Part shown: in pieces, positions 10,072 through 16,617 of the stretch
How positions within the stretch are numbered: the stretch's first letter is position 1
How the letters are laid out: each line of letters starts with the position of its first letter
NCBI GenBank assembly: GCA_001898725.1
Contig: MKUV01000008.1
Coordinates: forward strand, 42,211 to 106,210
Direction of reading: 5' to 3'
Length of the DNA stretch: 64,000 bases
DNA from: Caedibacter sp. 37-49
GTDB lineage: Bacteria > Pseudomonadota > Alphaproteobacteria > Caedimonadales > Caedimonadaceae
Program-made: the position numbers and the translations under genes
The notes under the pieces: model-generated
What the model saw: only the letters and a program-made list of their open reading frames with translations
Told to the model about the DNA's origin: nothing
The model's database searches: none

Positions 10072-10356
10072 ATGAATCACTCCGTTTATATCATGACAAA
10101 TAAACCTCATGGCATTCTCTATGTAGGCATGACTAATAACTTGATGCAGCGTGTTTGGGAACATAATGAGGGAGCCGAAGATGGTTTTACAAAAAGGTAC
10201 AACCTAACAACGCTTGTCTTTTATGAATTTTTTGAAACTCCAGGTGAAGCTATCAAACGTGAGAAGAGTCTAAAGCGTTATTCGAGAGAATGGAAAATAA
10301 ATCTTATTCAAGAAAAGAATAGTGATTGGAAAGATTTATATGAAGAACTTCTTTAG
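10072..10356 (+). CDS. Stand-alone small GIY-YIG nuclease (UPF0213/Slx1-like family)
   Basis: SVYIMTN-KPHGILYVGMTNNL, RVWEH, GFTKRYN, LVFYE, AIKREKSLK, WKINLI...N.DW.DL. The catalytic-type Tyr, Arg, His and Glu are present. Confidence 0.92.
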   Translation: MNHSVYIMTNKPHGILYVGMTNNLMQRVWEHNEGAEDGFTKRYNLTTLVFYEFFETPGEAIKREKSLKRYSREWKINLIQEKNSDWKDLYEELL

Positions 10357-10358
10357 GC

Positions 10359-10873
10359 GATAGGCAAGATCTATCTATTGCTTGAGATCCTAGGCACAAG
10401 GCCTAGGATGACCAAAGGTTGTGAACAAAGAATGATCGCTGACGAGGACTGGAAGGATGTAGATTGATGGCAATAGGAACAAGCAATCACTCGGTTGTCA
10501 TCCTCGGGCTTGTCCCGAGGATCTCAGGCAGCCTGACGATGCCACGAGATACCAGAAGGCCTAAGACGTACGTGAGAGGCACGGCAAAAAAGTTAAGAAG
10601 CAACGGTGTTTAAAACTTAGAGAAGTTTTTCACTTTTGTAGATGGATTCCTGCCTTTGCGGGAATGAGACAAGAGAAGCAAGATATTCGCATCTCTCTAA
10701 CGTATTGAAAAAGTATGGTGGAGCAACCACTTTATTATCATCCTCGTGACCCTGCTACGCCAAAGGCTTTGCCGTGGCGAGAAATGCTGATCCAGGAAGC
10801 GTTGAAAGGTGATAGGCAAGGTCTATCTGTTGCTTAAGATCCTAGGCACAAGGCCTAGGATGACTAAAGGTTG
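10359..10873 (+). repeat. 63-bp direct repeat module (10359-10421 and 10811-10873)
   Basis: GATAGGCAAG...CCTAGGCACAAGGCCTAGGATGAC.AAAGGTTG; 4 mismatches, all transitions. Confidence 0.9.
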
Positions 10874-11223
10874 GATGGAACAAGGGCTCGTTGGCAAGGA
10901 TAATGCCTGGTGAGAAGAGACGTAATATCTGTGATGACCAAAGGTTGGAGATAAGAAAGCTCGGTGACGAGGGATGAAAACGTTGATGAGTGACAATAGG
11001 AACAAGCGATCACCTCACCGTCATCCCCGCGAAAGCGGGGATCTAGGAAGAGCTGGAAGGTAACAAATGAGGATTGATAAGAAGAGGAATGAACTGGTTC
11101 TTCTCTTCGTCATCCTCGGGCTTGTCCCGAGGATCTCAGGCAACCTGACGATGTTGATAATTGCCATAAAACGCATGCCATCTGTGAGAACATCGTATTT
11201 TTAAAATTTCTCTGTTTCTATTA

Positions 11224-11532
11224 TTATGATTTAGGCCTACTTGCTGGGGTACTTCCTGACGTCGTGCTAGTTGACGTCGCGCTGCTTGATCCAGTAACAG
11301 TTGATGCATGTTGATGTTCACTGCCTCTAGGGAGTTCATTAATCTTTTTCTGAGTCTTTTTCGAATTCTTTTGCTGGCTTTCTATTTCTTCATCGATAAT
11401 GTTCACCATTTTATTTATATCAGCTTGCTCAGTAGGATTGTTTGAGGCAGAACTTTGGTTATTAAATGTGTTTAAGACAAAAATAGCAAAAAATGAAAAT
11501 AAAATTATATTTACTGGCATAATAATCTCCAC
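11224..11532 (-). CDS. Small secreted hypothetical protein (coiled coil plus Ser/Thr-rich tail)
   Basis: Hydrophobic N-terminus IILFSFFAIFVL, charged helical middle, low-complexity C-terminus. Confidence 0.55.
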   Translation of the reverse strand: MEIIMPVNIILFSFFAIFVLNTFNNQSSASNNPTEQADINKMVNIIDEEIESQQKNSKKTQKKINELPRGSEHQHASTVTGSSSATSTSTTSGSTPASRPKS

Positions 11533-11676
11533 ATAAATTCAATATATTATTTGCAAATAGTATTCTGCCAGCATTAAAATTTATTATATTTATAACAGTG
11601 TAAAACAATAAAAAAACCACCCTATCTTAGATAAAGTGGCTTTCAGTTTTTGGATCCGTTTTTTATTTTTTATTCT

Positions 11677-12396
11677 CTAGTGTTTCGCTATCTCTTCGTT
11701 CGCTTGCTTTAAAAGTTCAAGCGACATCTTGCCATGCAGCACCAATTCTTTTGCTGTTGAACCTGAATGATAAGGATATTTACAAGTATGGGTGAATGCT
11801 GTTGTCCCTTCGCCAACTTGCCCTTTAATCGTTCCTTGTGGAGCATTTCCGACGAGAGATTTTGCCCCTCCTAATAAACCTTTTAAAACATTACAAACCG
11901 CCGCTTTAGCACCCTGTTGTTTGACTTCCCACCAGGGTCCATTACCAATTTTCAATTTATCTTGGCATAAAGCGCTGGACATTGCTTCAAAGGTGAGCAC
12001 AGGACAGACTGCACCTTTTAAAGAAGGCGGTGTTTGGATTTTTCCTTCTAAAGAAAATTCATCAATCATAGCAGCTTTTTTCCAATCTTCAGGAAGTTTA
12101 TAATGGCATACGAGCATCCCTTCCACCTTATCTGATTCTGTACCACTATATGTTTTATCATCCTGTCTAAGCGCTTTTGAAAAAACACTACAAACACTTG
12201 ATAATGCTCCCAAAATATCAACAGGTCGCTGATAAACAACTGTTGTCTGCGGTATTACATTATAACTACCGACAACAGGGCAAAGATAATAAGCCATATC
12301 TTTTGCTGACAGCGTAGGACAATCTGCTTTAGCTTGAGGTGATGCAAAGGCAGACAATAAAACAAAAAAACTAGGAATAATCTTCTTCATTTTCAA
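11677..12396 (-). CDS. Secreted Cys-rich hypothetical protein with two internal repeats
   Basis: Signal peptide ending AKA; two copies of CPxLxxxxMxxxLC...VCxV...CxY. Confidence 0.75.
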   Translation of the reverse strand: MKMKKIIPSFFVLLSAFASPQAKADCPTLSAKDMAYYLCPVVGSYNVIPQTTVVYQRPVDILGALSSVCSVFSKALRQDDKTYSGTESDKVEGMLVCHYKLPEDWKKAAMIDEFSLEGKIQTPPSLKGAVCPVLTFEAMSSALCQDKLKIGNGPWWEVKQQGAKAAVCNVLKGLLGGAKSLVGNAPQGTIKGQVGEGTTAFTHTCKYPYHSGSTAKELVLHGKMSLELLKQANEEIAKH

Positions 12397-12405
12397 TCCT
12401 ATCGT

Positions 12406-12936
12406 TTATTTTATAATTCCACATTTTCTGCCAAGACCTGTTAACAGGTTGCCAACTTTAGATCCAAGAAGCCCTTCTTTCTTTGAAGATTCTTTAAATT
12501 TAGTAGCCAAACTTCCTAATTGAGTACTCTTGTCAAGCATATCTTCAATTTTTTCACCACTTACGACAACTTTTCCTAACGCAGCTTTTAATTCTTTTTC
12601 CCTACTTTCAAATACTTGCTTTGTTGGGCAAACATATGCATGTCCTTTACCATCTTGAAGTTTTTCACTCATTTGCGTTGCCGTTTCTAAAGCTTCACTG
12701 ATTGCATGCATTTCAGTTTCAATTTCGGCTTTCTGTTGTTGCGAAAGAGGCTTTTTTAATTCTAAAAGTAGTTTCTCTTGCCTCTCTGCAAGACGTCCCA
12801 TTTCAAGGTTAAGATCTAATAATACTTGCCCTAAATCAACTTGATAAGTAGCACTTGCAATAACCGTGTTTTCACTTCCGCCTAATAAGGCAAAAGAAAG
12901 TAGTGAAACTGAAAGTAATTTTTTATTTATTAACAT
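12406..12936 (-). CDS. Secreted coiled-coil hypothetical protein
   Basis: Signal peptide ending ASA; E/K/L heptad-rich core; 9 nt from the next gene, so probably co-transcribed. Confidence 0.7.
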   Translation of the reverse strand: MLINKKLLSVSLLSFALLGGSENTVIASATYQVDLGQVLLDLNLEMGRLAERQEKLLLELKKPLSQQQKAEIETEMHAISEALETATQMSEKLQDGKGHAYVCPTKQVFESREKELKAALGKVVVSGEKIEDMLDKSTQLGSLATKFKESSKKEGLLGSKVGNLLTGLGRKCGIIK

Positions 12937-12980
12937 TTAGGTCCCCTTATAATTTCATAATTATAGAGTAGTCCTAAAAA

Positions 12981-12996
12981 GTTAATTTCTGCTTAA
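12981..12996 (-). promoter_or_regulatory. CtrA-like box
   Basis: Minus strand TTAA-GCAGAAA-TTAAC, about 45 nt upstream of the 12936 start. Chance matches are likely in AT-rich DNA. Confidence 0.3.
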
Positions 12997-13040
12997 TTAA
13001 GAAATCACTTTTAAATATTCATGCAGATGCACAAAAACAT

Positions 13041-14324
13041 TTAGTTTATAAAAGGTTTAATTTTATTTAAAGTAAGTAACAACTTAGCCTGCTTAAGAGT
13101 ACGTTCAGGTGTTTTCAAATCAGGAAAAGTCTTTAGGACTTGACTATACATTGTGTATAAATATTTATAAAGAAAGGTTGGTGTCGCGTCTCCTACTTCT
13201 TCCAAATACGCTTCAAAAATCTCGCATTGCTTGTAGCTTCGCAAACCAGCATCTGTCATGCTTGAATTGAGACAAAGTGCTCCAGCATAGACGTATGTAT
13301 AAGACAAAATATGTAACAAAGGCTCAAATGTTTTATGCTTCGCAAGCTCTATAGAAATTTTTCTTGCCTTTTCAAGCTTTTCTTCAAAATTTGAGGTTTT
13401 CTCGATATAATTACTGTGCTTTACAAATTCCTTTGATCTCTCTTCATGATCAGTCACTTCACCAAGAGTAAAGTTTGCAGATTCTGGTTTCAATTCAAAC
13501 AATTGATTAACATCAATTTGCATATCAAGCAGGGCATGTAATGCAAAAGGACGACCTTTGGACATGGCGATAGCCGCAAAGCTTAAAGCTTTATCAAAAT
13601 CAGGTTGTAATTCAAACCTCTCTTGCTGTGTTCTTACCCAAGAAAAGAGCGTTTCTTTTAAACGGCCAAAGAAAGCTGATGTTACTTTTTGAGGAAGGAT
13701 TTCCAATCCATATAGCAAAGCCATAATTTCATGATTAACACCTAAAGTATCATCAAGTGCAGTTGAAGATGCCGTATTAAAAATTTCTTTGAGTTCTTGA
13801 TCCGGTCTTTTAGATAATCTTGCTTTTGTTAAAACAATTGCTAAGGGGATTAAAGGGTGTTTCACATCTTTCGCTGATTGTAAAAGTTCTAATTCACCTG
13901 TGAATGTGTTTTGGGCGTCCTTTGTTAACGGCAGTTTGGATTCATCTGATGAAACAGCGAGTTCACATATGGATTTATTAATCACAAATTTGATGTTTAA
14001 ATCCTGAGCAAGTAATAGTTTCCATTGATTAAATTCTTGTGGTACCGCCCGACGAAGCCACCTTTGGTTAGAGTTCGCGATTATTTTTTGTTTTGCAGCC
14101 TCATTTGCAACAGCTTGCCACCGCCTTTCAACACCACTGCCTCTAACAAGTTCATGATCTGGAAGAAATGAAAAAACATGCGTTAACAATTCATCCGGAA
14201 GAACTTGAAAATTTCCATATCCTTTGTGACTTATGTCCACTTCATCAGCTAAAGTCGCATATGATGCGTTTGAAAATGCTAATAAAAAACTTATCAATGC
14301 AAAAAAATTTGGAAATAGTCTCAT
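13041..14324 (-). CDS. F-box domain protein with signal peptide (eukaryote-like effector candidate)
   Basis: LPDELLTHVFSFLPDHELVRGSGVERRWQAVAN matches the F-box consensus LPxE(I/L)LxxIFSFL...VCRRW. The N-terminal signal ends ASYA; the remainder is helical. Confidence 0.8.
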   Translation of the reverse strand: MRLFPNFFALISFLLAFSNASYATLADEVDISHKGYGNFQVLPDELLTHVFSFLPDHELVRGSGVERRWQAVANEAAKQKIIANSNQRWLRRAVPQEFNQWKLLLAQDLNIKFVINKSICELAVSSDESKLPLTKDAQNTFTGELELLQSAKDVKHPLIPLAIVLTKARLSKRPDQELKEIFNTASSTALDDTLGVNHEIMALLYGLEILPQKVTSAFFGRLKETLFSWVRTQQERFELQPDFDKALSFAAIAMSKGRPFALHALLDMQIDVNQLFELKPESANFTLGEVTDHEERSKEFVKHSNYIEKTSNFEEKLEKARKISIELAKHKTFEPLLHILSYTYVYAGALCLNSSMTDAGLRSYKQCEIFEAYLEEVGDATPTFLYKYLYTMYSQVLKTFPDLKTPERTLKQAKLLLTLNKIKPFIN

Positions 14325-14432
14325 TAAGCTCCCCTTTTCGTTAATGATTATTATGTGCTTCTTCTATACTATTTTTTACATTTTGTCAATTTAATTTTAG
14401 GGGCTTTGAATAAGTAAAAGCGTAAAAATCTA

Positions 14433-14461
14433 TTGCTCTTCACAAAATAATCCGATATATT
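14433..14461 (+). promoter_or_regulatory. Sigma70-type promoter of the rimP-nusA-infB-rbfA operon
   Basis: TTGCTC-N17-TATATT. Confidence 0.6.
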
Positions 14462-14480
14462 CCGCTTAACTATCAGAATT

Positions 14481-14517
14481 AAATAAGAGGTGGGTCAAAA
14501 GCCCGCCTTTTTATTTG
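14481..14517 (+). promoter_or_regulatory. rimP leader hairpin (attenuator-like)
   Basis: AAATAAGAGGTGGGT-CAAAA-GCCCGCCTTTTTATTT: a GC stem followed by a U-run, 12 nt before rimP. It resembles known proteobacterial rimP leaders. Confidence 0.65.
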
Positions 14518-14529
14518 GGTAAAGAGTGA

Positions 14530-14991
14530 ATGGACCTTATAAAAAAGATAAAAGACATCATCGAACCTACCTTGAATAGTTTGGGTTATCATATTGTTCG
14601 TGTGCAATTTTCAGGACAAGTGCGCCCTACCCTTCAAGTGATGATTGAAAAATTAGATTTAAGTGCTTTATCAATCGATGATTGCGTAAAAGCAAGTCGG
14701 CAGATTTCTGCTTTGTTAGATGTAGAAGATCCTATTGATACCGCTTATCAACTTGAAGTCACATCCCCAGGACTTGACCGCCCTCTTGTAGCTTTGCAAG
14801 ATTATGTGAGGTTTCAAGGTGCCGAGATAAAACTTGAAACAGTCTCCCCTCTTGAAGGACGTAAACGTTTCAAAGGGATCTTGTCGCAAGTAAAAGAAGG
14901 AACAATCTTCCTTAAACCTGAAGATAGCGAGGCAACTCTTGATATTGCTTATGAAAATATTCTTAAAGCAAAATTGGTGCCGCAATTTTAA
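14530..14991 (+). CDS. rimP: Ribosome maturation factor RimP
   Basis: DDCVKASRQISALLDVEDPI, YQLEVTSPGLDRPL and GRKRFKG motifs; position before nusA. Confidence 0.97.
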   Translation: MDLIKKIKDIIEPTLNSLGYHIVRVQFSGQVRPTLQVMIEKLDLSALSIDDCVKASRQISALLDVEDPIDTAYQLEVTSPGLDRPLVALQDYVRFQGAEIKLETVSPLEGRKRFKGILSQVKEGTIFLKPEDSEATLDIAYENILKAKLVPQF

Positions 14992-15033
14992 ATTTTAATG
15001 TTAGCAATAAGTTAGGAAAATAAGGCGATAACG

Positions 15034-16569
15034 ATGACATCAACAACTTCAACTGGCATAATTCGAACTGAACTTTTAAATGTTGCAGAAACAGTTGCTC
15101 GTGAAAAAGGCATCCAAAGGGATGAAGTCCTTGAAGCTATGGAAATGGCTATCCAAAAGGCGGCCCGTGCAAAATACGGTCATGAGAGAGATATCCGCGC
15201 TGAAATTGATCGCAAAAACGGTGAAATAACTGTTTTTTCTTGTCTTGAAGTGGTTGAAAATGTTGAGAATGAAGTCATTCAAGTATCCCTTAAAGAAGCC
15301 AAAAAAATGGATCCTTCTTTGGAAATCGGATCCTTCCTTAAAACTTACCTTCCCCCCATTGATTTTGGTCGTGTCGCCGCCCAAACAGCAAAACAAGTTA
15401 TTTTTCAACGGGTGCGAGATGCTGAAAGGCTTCGTCAATATGAAGAATATAAAAATCGTGCTGGCGAAATTATCAATGGACAAGTCAAGCGTATTGAATT
15501 TGGGAATGTTATCGTTGAATTAGGTCAAAGTGAGGCACTTCTTGCAAGAGACCAACTCATCCCTCGCGAAAACTTTAGGCCTGGCGATAGAATTCGCGCT
15601 TATATTATGGATGTCCGTCAAGAACCGCGTGGACCACAAGTTTTCTTATCCCGCTCTCACACTGAATTTATGTCTAAACTCTTCACTCAAGAAGTCCCTG
15701 AAATTTACGAAGGTGTTATTGAAGTGAAAGCTGTTGCACGTGATCCAGGTTCTCGCGCTAAAATTGCTGTTTATAGTGCAGACAAAAGTCTTGATCCTGT
15801 TGGCGCTTGTGTTGGACTTCGCGGTAGCCGTGTTACAACCGTTATTAATGAACTCCAAGGGGAAAAGATTGACATTATTCCTTGGTCTTCAAACCCTGTT
15901 GTTTTTGTTGTTAACTCATTGATCCCTGCTGAAGCAAGTAAAGTTGTGCTTGACGAAAATACAAACCGCGTTGAAGTCGTGGTTCCAGATGATCAATTAA
16001 GCTTAGCGATTGGAAGACGAGGCCAAAACGTCCGGCTTGCAAGTCAGCTCACTGGACTTGGAATAGACGTTATTTCAGAATCTGCGGAATCTGAGCGCCG
16101 TACGCAAGAAGTGAAAAACCGTTCAAAACTATTCGTTGAAGCTCTTGATGTTGATGACGTTCTTGCTCATCTTCTTGTTACTGAAGGCTTTGATAATGTT
16201 GAAGAAATTGCCTATATTTCTCTTAATGAGCTTTCAGGTATCGAAGGATTAGATGAAGATTTGGCAGTAGAACTTCAAAATCGTGCAAAGAATTTCTTAA
16301 AGAAACAAGAAAAAGAATTTAAGCAGCGTTCTCAAGAGTTAGGCGTTGAAAAAACGCTTCAAAATTTAGAAGGCTTAACTCCTAAATTTGTCGTCGCCCT
16401 AGCTGAAAAAGGCATTACGACTTTGGATGGGCTTGCAGATCTTGCAGGTGATGAACTTGTCGAACTTTGCCCAGAAATGGATTTAGAAGAAGCTAATAAA
16501 CTCATTATGCTAGCAAGAGAGCATTGGTTTGAAAAAACAGATACAAAAAAAACTAAGAAAAATCCTTAA
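15034..16569 (+). CDS. nusA: Transcription termination/antitermination factor NusA
   Basis: FGRVAAQTAKQVI, S1 and KH motifs (ARDPGSRAKIAV, AIGRRGQNVRLAS) and C-terminal acidic repeats. Confidence 0.98.
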   Translation: MTSTTSTGIIRTELLNVAETVAREKGIQRDEVLEAMEMAIQKAARAKYGHERDIRAEIDRKNGEITVFSCLEVVENVENEVIQVSLKEAKKMDPSLEIGSFLKTYLPPIDFGRVAAQTAKQVIFQRVRDAERLRQYEEYKNRAGEIINGQVKRIEFGNVIVELGQSEALLARDQLIPRENFRPGDRIRAYIMDVRQEPRGPQVFLSRSHTEFMSKLFTQEVPEIYEGVIEVKAVARDPGSRAKIAVYSADKSLDPVGACVGLRGSRVTTVINELQGEKIDIIPWSSNPVVFVVNSLIPAEASKVVLDENTNRVEVVVPDDQLSLAIGRRGQNVRLASQLTGLGIDVISESAESERRTQEVKNRSKLFVEALDVDDVLAHLLVTEGFDNVEEIAYISLNELSGIEGLDEDLAVELQNRAKNFLKKQEKEFKQRSQELGVEKTLQNLEGLTPKFVVALAEKGITTLDGLADLAGDELVELCPEMDLEEANKLIMLAREHWFEKTDTKKTKKNP

Positions 16570-16617
16570 TTCTCTATTTAAGGCCAGCGAAGACTGTTTA
16601 AAGGAAAGATAAAAGCA

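Larger units (their letters stand above)
9795..11137. repeat. Array of ~10 (C)GTC-tagged REP/RPE-like palindromes around the GIY-YIG gene
   Basis: Copies at 9795-9819(rev), 9894-9917, 9982-10011, 10384-10412(rev), 10497-10525, 10644-10667(rev), 10738-10793(degenerate), 10837-10864(rev), 11019-11044, 11108-11137. Shared frame GTCAT-stem-loop-stem-ATC. Confidence 0.92.

Noticed and set aside
9608-10164. Minus-strand ORFs 9608-9937, 9684-9941 and 9895-10164
   Set aside because: They translate the palindromes (IPAFAGMT, DSRFRGND, LSEILGTSLRMT) or shadow the GIY-YIG gene; these are typical REP-derived spurious ORFs.
9795-11137. CRISPR array
   Set aside because: Repeats alternate in orientation and fall into several stem families. 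Spacers range from about 40 to over 150 nt and are homologous to each other. No cas genes are in the window.
10823-11339. ORFs 10823-11005 and 11136-11339
   Set aside because: Repeat-derived or overlapping the better-supported 11224-11532 ORF in another frame; no recognisable features.
12406-12425. CaaX prenylation motif at the end of the 176-aa protein
   Set aside because: The C-terminus is CGIIK, with Cys at position -5 rather than -4.
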